Shown piece after piece: positions 25,756 through 38,120 of a DNA stretch of 64,000 nt. The notes below the pieces were generated by a model, which had not been told where the DNA came from, made no database searches, and saw only the letters and a list, made by a program, of their open reading frames with translations. This DNA comes from Gonapodya sp. JEL0774 (Eukaryota): positions 186,001-250,000 of the forward strand of contig JADIIX010000009.1 in NCBI GenBank assembly GCA_027604505.1, read 5' to 3'. How positions within the stretch are numbered: position 1 is the first letter of the stretch; every line of letters begins with the position of its first letter. Made by a program: the position numbers and the translations under genes.

Positions 25756-26043
25756 CACAATCTTGGTCGGCAATATTAGAAGTCACACAAGGGAATTATC
25801 AGACTCAATAAAAATTATCTGAAGCGTTAGTACTGAACAACCAACGTCTCACTCGGCATTAAAGCTTCAACTGCATATCAAAGTATACTTATTGTAATTT
25901 GTGATACAAATTCTCATACAAATCCAGATCTGGGGTAAGAGTTGGTGACCCTCCCCCTTAGGGGGAGGGACCTTAGACAACACTAAGTGTTGTAATGCTC
26001 TCTTGCATTGATATATGACCAACCATTCCAGTCATCACCTATG

Positions 26044-28534
26044 CTATTTCAGCGGCTTCAGTCCCAAACTCGCCCTCAGCTTGTTCGTCTCTTCAATACT
26101 CATACTTTCCGCATTACCACCTCCTTTGGACTCTCTCTCCTTCTCCCTCTCATTGGGCCGTTCTCTATCATTCTTATCGTCCTTGCTCCTTTTGGAACTT
26201 CCCCCTCCGGGCCCGCTCTTGAACATCTTCCCCACTTTCTTTTCCAACGCAGCCCGATCCGCCTTCTTACGCTCAGCGCGCTCCTCATACAAATCCTTTC
26301 CAGACCCAGCACCGCCATTCGCCGAGGGCACCGGTCCAGGCCCACGAGATGGAGGATTTCTGTCTCGATCTCGAGGCGACGCAGACCGTCGCCGATCCCG
26401 GTCCCTGTCTCGCCGGTCAGGCGGAGGCGACTCGTGGCGACGCGAAGGAGGAGATCTAGATCTCGAGCGCCGGTTGACTGGAGAACGGCGACGCCCAGGC
26501 GGAGACCGTGTGCGTGAGCGGGAACGAGTAGGGGAGCGGCGGCGGCGAGGTGGTGAGCGGGAGCGTGAGCGCGATCGATATGGGGAGCGGCGGCGGCGAG
26601 TCGGGGGAGATTGAGACCGGGACCGGGACCGTGACGTGCGCTGCCGCACACCTAAATTGATGGACATCGGAAGCATCAGATTACTTGATCACCCTCTCCA
26701 AAATGTCCCTCCCACTCACTACTTCTTTGCCCATCCTCCCTATCTCCTCCGTCACGTCCTCCAAGATACCGCCTCAGAAAACCTTCTGCGTCGTCCTCAT
26801 CCCGCGGGGATCGTGGTGACGACACAGGACGCGCCCTGTCCGGGGAGCCCACTCCCTTGCCGTTGCTCTTATTGTCGTCGCTTCTCGATCGTCCGTTCGA
26901 CTTGGATCGCGCCTCCCCATCCTCTCTCACCTCATCGTCGTCATCTTCACTTCCGCTCCCAGTCGCGCTTCTCTCACTCCCACTGCCCCTCCGCTTCCCG
27001 TTCTCACTCTCGCCATCATCGCCTCTATCTTCATTCTCGTCTGCTCCCAGTTTCGTGACTTCCTCCTCCACGTCCCTCATCTCCAGAAGTCCCTGTTCCT
27101 CCAGCATTTCCCGCTTGGCGAGTCGGGGTAGTTGGACGTCGCACACTCTTTCTTCTCGGATGAGCGAGTCGATGAAATCGTCCATGTGAGTGATTATGAA
27201 ACCGCCATCTGGGGTTGTTGGGAGATTGAGGGCACGGGAATCAAGTGAACATGAACGATGTAAGTACTGCGATGGTGCATTTCCCAACCCCACTTTTGCA
27301 CCGTCATGCCATCCGAAATACACCAGCTAAAGAGGCTCACTTCACTCTTGCCGATTGGTCCTGCCTGACAAACATGTCCCAGCTTCCTCCGTCTGGTCTT
27401 GAAGAGACAGCTGGCTTCATTCAACAATCGCGGCCCTCATACTTCCACTCACCTTTCCCCCTCTCTCTCAGCTTCCTCCAATCCTCCAACAGCGGCTCCA
27501 ACTCCTTGTACACCTCCTCGGACCTCGCTGTCAACCTCCAATAATACGCCCCCAACGCGCGCAAGTACTTGAAGTCTTCCTGGTGCATATACTCGAGGAC
27601 GATAGACCGGTCGGGTTGAATTTGGAGCATTTTGAGGCAGAGGCACATGAATTCCTGGGAGAATGGGGAAGTGGAGTAGGATGTGAGGCAGATGGTGAAT
27701 GAGTGAGTGAAGAGAGACGATGAGAGGTGATTTGAAGATTACAATTGTTAATCGCGATTGTCGGGCTGTGCGAACTTGAGGCGGGTGGAGGGACGAGAGG
27801 GGCAAGACGTCTGGGACGCGTGGGACCTAAGAACGGTCGAACAGGGCTCCAATCTCGAGCTGCTCCCCTCGAGACATCTTTCAGTCCTCCTGTTGTGTCG
27901 TTCATTCACAAACAAGCCCTGGTACAACGACTCACAGTCCTACACGCTCCATTCCAACAAGTTCTTCGTATCTGCACTCACCGTTGGTTTCATGTTCCCA
28001 CCATAGTGCCCACCGATGCAATTCAACTGAACAGCTTTGTCAATGAGGGTTTCAGCTGTGGGTGAAGGAATAAGACGTTCCAGGGAATGAATGAGAATGA
28101 GATTGGGGATGGAATCTCCAACGCTGCGGAAGACGTCTTTGTATCCACTCTCAACGATTCAACCTGATTAAGGCCACGTCATCTAAGCTGTCACGGTATC
28201 ATCCGTCACCCAGCCTGTGACTTTCCTATCTCCCTCCCACCGTGGTCCAAACCACAGTAATCCTGTGCAGACGGTCGGTTTTCCTGCCCCGTTTTCATTT
28301 CTCGAATCTATCGGTCGACATTTTCACCTACGACACCCATACTCATGGAGCTTCCATCACCGTATCCTCACGCGCTCCCTCCGCCACGTTTGCAGTGTTC
28401 GTACCTGTGAGCGCGAAGCACTGTTCTTTCCAATACAACGAATCGTAAATCCTTGCGCGCAAGATCTTTTCCACGAGGTACTGCGGATTCGTCCCATGTA
28501 CTGATTTCGCATCGTAGACCGTTCGGTTGGCCAT
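26044..28534 (-). CDS. PRP38: Pre-mRNA splicing factor Prp38 with RS domain and C-terminal HIND motif
   Basis: MANRT..AKSVHGTNPQYLVEKILRARIYDSLYWKEQCFALT, FMCLCLKMLQIQP, FKYLRALGAYYWRL, HMDDFIDSLIREERVCDVQLPRL, RS repeats, ending MSIEETNKLRASLGLKPLK. Confidence 0.95.
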
Positions 28535-28899
28535 TGCGATGTGGTTGTGGTCTCTAATGTGACAAGTTCCGTCAGCGAAACTCCTTGCACCTAAACATCT
28601 TCAACCCGTGATAGTTTTTTCAAATACCCAATATGTTCCTCGTTTTGTGCATGTCACTTGTGAGGGTGCGCTCAAATTCTATGTATTAGTTGGTGAAAGA
28701 ATTACATGATATGTCTCCGACAAGCCTTGGCCATAATAAATATTTCGGATACATGGGCACAAAATGAATACAGTACATGCAAGGAACTGGAGAATTACAG
28801 TAAATGACGGGATTCCAGGAATGTCGATGTCGTCATTTGCTGTGGTCCGATGGAAGCGATGTGTGTTTCGAAATCCGACACACTCGGTTCTTATTCAAA

Positions 28900-30223
28900 A
28901 TGCAGTCGACTCGACACTCAGCAGGACGCATTCTCTCGCGTACTCGCCGCACGCAGACTCATCCTCTGGCTGCCGCCCGTGCCTGCAACCCCGCGCTCCC
29001 ATGTCTCTCGCAAACTCCCATCCCCCAGATCCGCACTCTCATCTCCTCAACTTCAATCCCCAAAAGACTCCCAACTGTCGCTTTTCCTTCGAAAGTCATT
29101 TCAACTGCCAATAATTGTGTGTTTGCACCCCGTTTCCTTTCTCTTGCTCTGTTCCTTGTTCCCCGTGACCTTGGACCCCGTTTCATCCATTTCTTGTTCC
29201 CCACCACCGGCGCTTCCCTTCTCCCGGCCTCTTCTCGTGTGAAAAAATCTAGTCCGCTCTATGTTTATCCAAGTCGAGGATACCCCCAACCCTGATTCCC
29301 TCAAGTTCAAACCAGGCGTCCCCGTGATGGGTTCAGGACCTGTACTGGAGTACCTCGATGGTCGCTCTTCCCACGCATCCCCTCTCGCTCGCCGCCTATT
29401 TCGTATTGATGGCGTTAAATCTGTACTCCTTGGTCCTGACTTCATCACCGTGTCCAAAGACTCTTCCGATCTGTGGCATCTCATGAAACCAGAGATCTTC
29501 GGCTCCATCATGGATCACTATGCGTCCGGCCAACCTATCCACCTTCCGGAATCTGAAGCCTCCGCTCAATCCCCCGATACTGCACCTTCAGAGGACGACG
29601 ACGAAGTCGTCGCCATGATAAAAGAGCTCCTCGATTCTCGAATCAGACCCGCTATACAGGAAGACGGCGGCGACGTGGAATTCAAAGGGTTCGATCACGA
29701 ATCGGGAACAGTCAAGTTGATGCTGAAGGGGTCGTGCAGGTCCTGTTCCAGTTCCACGGTGACATTAAAGAACGGGATCGAGCAGATGCTGATGCATTAC
29801 TTACCCGAGGTGCTTAATGTTGAGCAGGTACGTTGTCGTTTGTCTGCATCTGATGCTCTGTTACGCAATGATGTCGTGAGGCTTTCGAGGAATGTGGTGC
29901 ACGGGTGGAGCGGTGTGAGTTCGTGTGAGGTGATCCGTAATTTGCTTCTGGAGGGCAAGTACGGCTAGATCACAAAGAAGCGTCTACCGCGCTTGAGGAT
30001 AAGGGGGTGGACAACAGTTAACCTTCCCATCAGTGTGGAGAGAGGAACCAAGATCATCATGACGTAATCCCACAAGTCCAACACCTATTCTTAAACCCTA
30101 CACCTCTCACACCATTTTCCCCGTACACCCCCACATGTCTTCCTCTTTCAGGTCACAGATCCCTTGGAAGACATCGCCACCCACGAGTTCCATAAGTTGG
30201 AAAAGGCTTTGGAGGCACAGTGA
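28900..30223 (+). CDS. NFU1: Mitochondrial Fe-S cluster carrier Nfu1
   Basis: [59 protein letters not shown] (CxxC), [17 protein letters not shown]; presequence-like exon 1. Confidence 0.96.
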
Positions 30224-30812
30224 AACCCGGTAGGGTGACAAGACACGCATGGCGCAGAAGGCATGAAACCGGGGTGGACTAAAAGTGGGGCTTTCTGGGG
30301 GTCATTGCAATGATTCGTATAGTGGAATGGAAGTTCCGTGGTGTGTTTGCGCGTTGGTGCATCGAGCGTTGGACGCGTGGAGCCTAAAACATGTCAGAGC
30401 GAAGTGGAGATCTACATTGATAACAAATATTAGATGAAGTTTGCATGTTCAATGCCGCTGGCTTTCGTTTGTGGCAATATGTTTTAACACATCTGGATCG
30501 AAACTCTTTCAAAACGCGACATGGTGCGAACTTGTGATTGAATACCAAGTGCACGAGCAGCAGCAGTGTCGCGCTTTGAGTCAGAAATGCGAAGTATCAT
30601 CGCACCCGTCCCCCGATCAAGCTGTGACTCCCCAATGGATTCTTCACTCCCAGTGGGACGCGTTACATGACTTGCAATCACTAAATGGAACAGCAATCCA
30701 CAACAAACACACCCCTAATTCTGCAGATTAGTATGAAGCATCCACCCCAACCTTCACGCGCAATCTATCCACTATGTAACAGTCCTTCCCGACCCGAATG
30801 CCCTCCAACCTC

Positions 30813-33800
30813 TCACTTTGCCGGAAACGCCGGATACGTTTTCAATCTCAACCTCTCCACCTCGTTCTTTAAGCTCAGTATCTCTTGGTTGTTGGCTTTG
30901 GCCAAATCTGCAAGACGCCGACGGTGGTAAATTTCTTGCATGCGAGAGGTGGTTGCAGGATCTGTCGATGCGGAGGTAGAGGAATGGTGGTTGGCTGGGA
31001 CGGAAGGGGGGTGCGAGGTGGATGGAAGTCAACGGCTCGTGTGAACTCGAGTCAATGAACTTGACCCACTTTGTTCCCAGATCGTCCTCCGTTCATCCAC
31101 CGCCAATTCAAGCTCCCTTAACTGCACGTCCAGCTCCATATTCGCAGCTTCCTTGTCCTTAATCCTCTTTTTGATGTGTCTCTCCTGCCTCAACTTCTCC
31201 GCCACTTTGTGAGCGTGGTGTTCCGCGCCGTGTTCGGCGCGCTTTTCGAGTCGTGCCAGCTCAGAGTCACGGCGGTGATCGTCACCAGACCGAATAAATT
31301 CCTGCATTTGTTTTGTGACGCGGAGGAGCTGGATGTCACGGATCCGCATGGCTTGATCTTCTGCTTGGAAGTCGAGCATTTTGTTCTCCCATTCAAGGGC
31401 ATGAATACCTTTGCGGTAATCTTTCATTTCTTGGAGCGCGGTCACCTTAAAAGAAGATGAGGTGTGTTGGTGCGTCCGACAATGGTAAGCCATTTGGGTG
31501 TTGTGAGACATCCCTCTTCCTACCTTGCTCTTCCCAATCGCCACAATGGAATCATTCAGATCCTCCACCACCTTTCTATCTATCAAAATCGCGTCCGAAA
31601 AGTCCGTCACAACCGCTGCCTGAGGTACCTCCACTTGACCCTGCTTAAATCCCAGCAACATCTCCACATCATACATCGCTTCCACTCTATGCTCCTTAAA
31701 GGCCGACAAATCCGCCGCTGCTTGATCAGCCTCAGTGCGCAGTCTGTCAGCCTCACGGGTTGAGCAATCCAAGAGAGATTGGATCTCCGAGAGCTTCCGG
31801 GCAGCAGTGCGGAGTTCGGATTCCGAGGCGATTTTGCGGTCGCGGAGTTCCACAAGCTTGTTCCAAACGTCGGATGGAAGACCATCGGGCATGTCTTTAT
31901 CAGAGTTGAGAGGAGCGACGGAGATATCTTGTGGGCCCACAAGAATGGGTTCCAAGGCAAGGAACGGGTTGAGCTCCTCAACCTGTCGACGAGTATTCTC
32001 TTGATCATTCACCTGAAATAAACGATATATCAGGGTCGTTGAAGCAATCTCATATCACTGAAATTCGCACAGCAGAGAGTGGGCAAACTCACTGCATCCC
32101 TTCGCTTGAACAGGCGAGAGAGTGATTCAAGATAGAACTCGAAAGAAGAAAACTCCTTTTTAAATTGCTTGTCGATCTCCTTATCCCTCTTGATAGCCTG
32201 TTCATGCTCCTCTTTAGCTTTATCCAGGTCCTTCTTGATCATTGGTGCTTCTTCCATCTGTGCCGCCTTGTCACGTTTTATTTTCTCGATGCGGGCAAGC
32301 AAGACCTCCTCCTTTGTGGAGTCGTCCTCAGTCAATATGATTGCTCTTTGCAAGTGCACAACCTGTAGCTCCTTCTTATAGATTTCTTCGTTGTTAGTAA
32401 GCTTCTGCAAAGAGAATTCACGAAGCTTGTCGTCAAACGCAATGCAAGCCTCGGAGATTGAGGATTGAAGCTTGCGGAGTTCCGTTTCCAGCGCTTTACG
32501 GTATTTTTCTTGTTCTTCCTACAGCGCAGCCCAGTAATACGTATGTGCTGGTTACGAAATGTGAATGAAGATGTACGCACTTTAAACATCTGAGCTTTTT
32601 TCTCGTACTCCTTTACTTGCTTGCGTTCGTCCTCGGTCATATCTCCTACGGGCTTGTTCATCCAATCAGGCTTCACTAGCACCTCTTCTTTGTCTTCTTT
32701 GTTCGATCTGAAGAAAAAAAAAACAGTAAGAGTAAACGGGGCATTGTCGAGAATAATTTGATTCGACAAGACTTGGATGTGCTCACCTGTCCTCGAGTTT
32801 CCCTCCCATCATTTGAAAAAGTGCGCGCTCTCGAGAATCATCTTCTTTTTGTCTCCGGATGCGCTCTTCCTCTTCTTTTCGTCGTTCGTTTAATATCTGT
32901 TGCTCCTCTTCGCTGATCCACTAAATCAGACGACAGCATGAGCATCTTGTTAAGCCTCCGAGCTGTTTTAAGCATTTTTTTCAGATCTAACCTTTTCCAC
33001 TTTGATTTCCGAGTCTTCCACTGAGAGCACGCGCTCTGGAACTTCATTATCGTCCAGGACAGGGTGAAACACATTCTCTGCGATGCCCAACTCGGTCAGA
33101 ATCTCGGTGACTCGGTCATTCTTTTCCTCAATTTTTGATATTTCATCTCGTTTCAGTTTGGCCATAGCTGCGAACTTGGCATTGAAATTGGTCTATGACA
33201 GCAAGAGTGGCTCATGAAACTTAAGGTCAGGGCAGCGAATGGCAAGTTTCAAACCTTCAGCTCCTCCACGACATCCAGAAGTATCGTGATCTGTGCCTTA
33301 CGGCGGTCGTCAGAAGTGAGCTCCAGCGGTGGGTAAAGCAGTGACACGCTCGAAATGTTGAATGACTCATCCAAAGGGGACTGACTGGACAGTGCCCCTC
33401 CAGGAGAATTCATTCGTGAGTCCGGCATCTGGAAATAATGTGATGTAACGTCGCACAAGGTGGAATGCGAAAAACATATCATACCTCGACTCCCGAGTTG
33501 CCTTCTCGATCTTTCTATTGAAACAAAAAGTCCAATGAGTTGGTGCGCTTTGAAGTCAGCTCAAAGAACAGTATCCTAACCTTGAATTTCTTTTGAACCA
33601 TGAAAGACACAGACCGGAGCAACTTAATCTTGTTCAGTTGCTTGATCTCGGTGGCAGTTTTCTTCCTTATTGGATAGTTTGAAACCTCGATTTCTCGCTG
33701 CGTTAGAGGATCTTGATTAAACGATCTGATCGTCTCTCCTGGCACTGCCATTGCGTCCCAGCACTCTGTCTGTGACGAATGGATGCCAATAAGAAGGAAG

Positions 33801-36800
33801 TTCCGGAAGACGTTGTGCACTCGATCGCGGAGTTTAACTCACTTTTATCCTTTGCTGGATGATTCGCATTTTTATATTCTCCAGCTCAATTGCTCTCCGC
33901 ACTTCTTCCAGCTTTTTTCGAGACTCAGCCTCCAATGCATCTCTTTCGGCAAAATGAATGATAAACTCTTCTTTTCCCAATCTCTCCAAATCCGGACACT
34001 GGGTAGGGTCTTCATTTCTAGAGATTGCTTTCTGAACGGCTGCGGATAATTCGAGAACTCGCTGTTTGAGGGTTGTCTGAAATGACTGGGTAATGGCGAG
34101 GAATGTTTGCATAGACAAGAAAACACTGTAGTTATGACGTAGATGACGACGTACTTCTTTCGCTTTTCGTTTGGCTTCCTCTTCTTCAGGATTCTTCAAG
34201 GCCTTTTCAGCGACGCTCTCCTCTTCCAAGGAGTCTAGTGAATCTCGAATCTCCTCCGTTAAACGAGATACTTGAGGCACATCTTTCGGAATCAGTTGCT
34301 CCATCAAGCTTTGAACCTCAGCAAGATCCCGTTTCCCAGCTGGACTAAATTTCCAATCCCACACGCGAACACCAGCACCACCCTCGCCGACCACGCAAAT
34401 CGCTTTGCCATCCCTGCTCACCGCCACGGTTCGAACACCACCCGTAACAAGGGGAAATGCTGAAACTTTAAGAGGGCGTTCTGGTTCCTCCAAATTGCGG
34501 ATGAACAAGGTTCCATCCGTGGACCAAGTGACAATCCAACGACCAAAAACGGCGGAAAGTACGCGACCGCCCGGGCGGGAGGAATGACAAGTATCTGGGT
34601 AGTCCGCGACAGGAGGTCCAAGGCGGATCGACGGGGACACGCTGGAAGTAAGCTCGGCACGGTCAACCACGGGGAAGTGGTAGTGCAGCAGGCGATGAGT
34701 TGTGGTTGCAACTACCAGTGTTGGATTTCTGTGGGTTAGCAAATGAAACGGAAGAAAAAGAGAGAGTATGGGTTGAAGCAAAATTGACAGAAGTGTTTAT
34801 GCTTGATATCTCCCTGCTCACCCTGCGTGTGTCACGACTGCGAATGACCTTAACTGCTCTTTGACTTTGAAAGACAACGCCTTGATGCACCATTGAACAC
34901 TTCAGATCCACATTTGCTTGGAGCCATATCGTCGGAAAACTCACGTGGACACCAATTCTCATGTTCGCGGCGATGCTGCCTGATAACTCCAGCACCCCGG
35001 TGGAGAGTTGCCACTTGTAAATCGTACTTTCTCCGTCCACCTGATCCTCTGCAGTGACAGCGTAGAGTGTGGCCGCCAAAGCACCACCTGCGACGGGCTC
35101 TGCAGACCATGCTAATCCTTGGAATGTGCCGCCTCCAGCTGATAAGTATCCCAAGATGCTTATATTATTTTTGCGACAATGTGATCCCATGGGAGGTTTA
35201 GTGGCCTCCTCGTCGGTCCTCGTGTCACTTCCGTGGACGCCTGTTGTCTGCTCTGCCCTCAAAATCCATACTCTAGAATCACCACCAGGCACTTCTTCCG
35301 CGAAGGCGAGGTACCGGCGAATGAGCGAAGTGGATCCCCCTTCACCACCCGAGGACCATTCTGCCCATTTCACTGGGTTTTTACACACCCTACTTCTCCA
35401 TACCAATGAAACCTCACACCTTCCCACTCCGTAGGTATCATACACCCTCACCACTCCCTTAGACGATCCGACCATTGTGAGACCACAGGGTGACACGGCA
35501 AGACACGACGGGGACCCTGGCATAGCAACCTTCACGGGGACACCTGATGGATCCTGCGCTAGCCACATGATAGTGGCGGGATCGTCCACTGCATCGGGTT
35601 GCAAAGCCCCGACAAAGGAGAAGAGTTGAACGTAGCTCATGGTGGGTCCGGGTCGCATCAGGACAACACGCCCGCCATCAGAGTCGCCAACAGGCACAGG
35701 TTTCGCATTGGGGCGGGATCGGATGATGAAGGCACGACCATCCAATGATGTTACAAACATGGAAGAGTAATCGGGTGAGAATGAAAGGCTCGTAAGAACA
35801 GGGGGAGGTTGTGGCTTCTCCGGGTATGAGAAAGATTCTGGGTCTGGGGGTGTTGCAACACGGTGAAAAGAAACAGATCGACTGGAAAGGTGCTCCTGGC
35901 CACGAATCAACCAGTGAAGGGTACCCTCCTGAACGCCCAAAACGAGAGTACAATTAACGGTGAGATTCAATCGGCGAAAAGTTGTGGGACGATTCACCTT
36001 CCCGCCAACAATTAAATGGTCGCTTGTGATCCCCACGACGCCCATTCCTCCCGCCCCTACGTAAGCATCTCTTTGTGGCCACTCCTCAAAGTTCACTTCC
36101 CTCCTTCCCCACACAACCTCATCCAGACTTATGTTGTCCTCGGTCTGTTCCTTGTTCGTGGGTCGTACACGTGCACTGGCAACCGTCTCTCCCAGTCCAG
36201 TTTTGGGATTGTACTCCACAAGAATATCAGCAGAGAGGGATGTGGCCAGGACGGTGTGCTGAGGTGTCCAGTAATGAAGAGCCGGACGGAAGCGAAGAAC
36301 AGTTGGAAACTTTCGCTGAGGAAGAGAGGAGTTGGTCAGAGTGGGAAGAAATACTGCGCTGTCTGCGGATATGAGGGGAGAGGCTGGTCTGGAACGGCAT
36401 GGTGACATCTTCCCGAATGCGCAACGAAATACGAGCTTCTTCTTACTGTTCTTTCAGCGTCCATTTCTTATGTCCCTCTTCTATTCGCCAAAATAACAAT
36501 CCCGCTTCCCCACTTGTAGCGAAGGCTCTTCCATCCAATGGATCCCACGAAAGTCGACATAGGGGGACTCCCGGAACCACCTGGCACATAGCAGTGCCCC
36601 TTTTCCAGTCCCAAACAGTAACAGTGAACCCGGGCAAGTCACCCAAAGAAGCCAGGTGAACTTCCCCTGGGGAGAACGCGAGGGAGAGAAGCGAAATGTC
36701 CGTCGGTGCGGCACCTATGAGAGACAACAGAGCGTTTGTTAGTCTTTCGTGGTAAATTAAACCCAGTGCATCCAATCCACAGATGGCATCCCAAAGTACA

Positions 36801-37399
36801 GAGTTCCTCGGAGTTGCTCGATTTGAACGGGCCACTTCTTCATAAACCGTGACAACCCACCCGACAGGCGCACAGGAACCCTCACTGAGCAAAATCAGCT
36901 GACCTTTCAAAACAATCTTGGCAGAAGAGGCAGCTGCGCCAATTTTAATGCTTTTGATGTCTGTGGTACCTCGCTCAGCGAAGACCAGTGTGTTTTCCTT
37001 CTTGCAATGAGCCATGCAGGTGATAATGGAGTCCGCAAGGACCGGTTTCAGTTCCTGTTGAGCCATTCGCGGTGTGCCAGGCGTCGGCAAAACTGGAGGC
37101 GCAGAAGAGTGGAAGTCTTGTGGGCTACCCGCACCCTGCAAGTTTGCGGTCGACATGAACACGATCGCATTTGAAGACGGATACGCGATGAGCGAGTTCG
37201 TTAGCCAGATAGGCGCACATGATGCAGATGGTGTAATAGTCAACGACCGACTGGCAGGTTGGCGACCACACCGAAAGTTGACATCACCGGAAGCGTATTG
37301 TGAACATCCAGCGCCGCAAAAAGGTACAACGTTTTCGGAAGAAACTCACCTTAATTCCAGCTCTCCGTACAGTCCACTTTCCTCCCGACGTCTGTCCAT
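30813..37399 (-). CDS. CFAP43: Cilia- and flagella-associated protein 43 (WD40 plus coiled coil)
   Basis: N-terminal WD40 repeats (LAFSPGEVHLASLGDLPGFTVTVWDWK), ECWDAMAV, KPDWMNKP, KQGQVEVPQAAVVTDFSDAILI, RIRDIQLLRVTK, LADLAK...EVERLRLKTYPAF; many exons; start approximate. Confidence 0.9.
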
Positions 37400-37715
37400 C
37401 GATTCCCGTGAAATACGGTCAGAATCAGCCAGAATGGTTTTGATGACCCAAGTGTGAAGGCTGCCGGCCGTCTCGAACCTCCAACCCGATGCTTTGTCTC
37501 AATTCCAGGATGCGAAATAATGGAAACAGGAAGCACCAACAAACGAAAAAAATGTAGCTACATTAAGACGAATGTTTATTGTGCCATTACAACACCAGCA
37601 ATCTACACCTCCCCATTCCCTACTCCTTTGAGCACAGCAAGTCTGAATTGCAAAAGCATGTAGAATGCATTGACATAAGTTGTATAAAATTCTGACAGAC
37701 TTGATACTTCATCAC

Positions 37716-38120
37716 TCACTTGCTCTTCTTTGCTCGCAAGACTGCCTCTTTTCCTGCAATTTCTGCGCGTAGGTTAGCAATAGCCGGGTCCAACTCATTT
37801 CTGTCATCCTCCATTTTTCTTATTTGGATTTTGAGTGGGTTTAGCAGAGCAAGGGTGGTCCCTTTGGTAATATCAGAAGAAGTGACGTCAACTTTCAACA
37901 CGTTTTTGAAGCATTTAGTGGTCCACAACAAGGTCTAAGTCAGACCAACCGGCAACGTCGGTGGAAACTGAGTAGTGACTACGCACGTCAACCACTCACT
38001 TCCGTCTTCCCCTGCTTGCTCCTTTCAACCGCAGACAACCTTGTAATGACGCTTCAACACCTCCTTTTTGAATTCCTCCTTGGCAATATCTGTGTCAATT
38101 ACTTCCGGTGGTGTAGACAT
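37716..38120 (-). CDS. Small hypothetical coiled-coil protein (probably 2 exons)
   Basis: MSTPPEVIDTDIAKEEFKKEVLKRHYK can join in frame to TLLWTTKCFK...RNELDPAIANLRAEIAGKEAVLRAKKSK through a weak GTTGTC donor and a CTGAC..TAG acceptor. Confidence 0.4.

Noticed and set aside
34663..36408. 581 aa ORF as a separate gene
   Set aside because: It is WD40 exons of CFAP43 read through in-frame introns.
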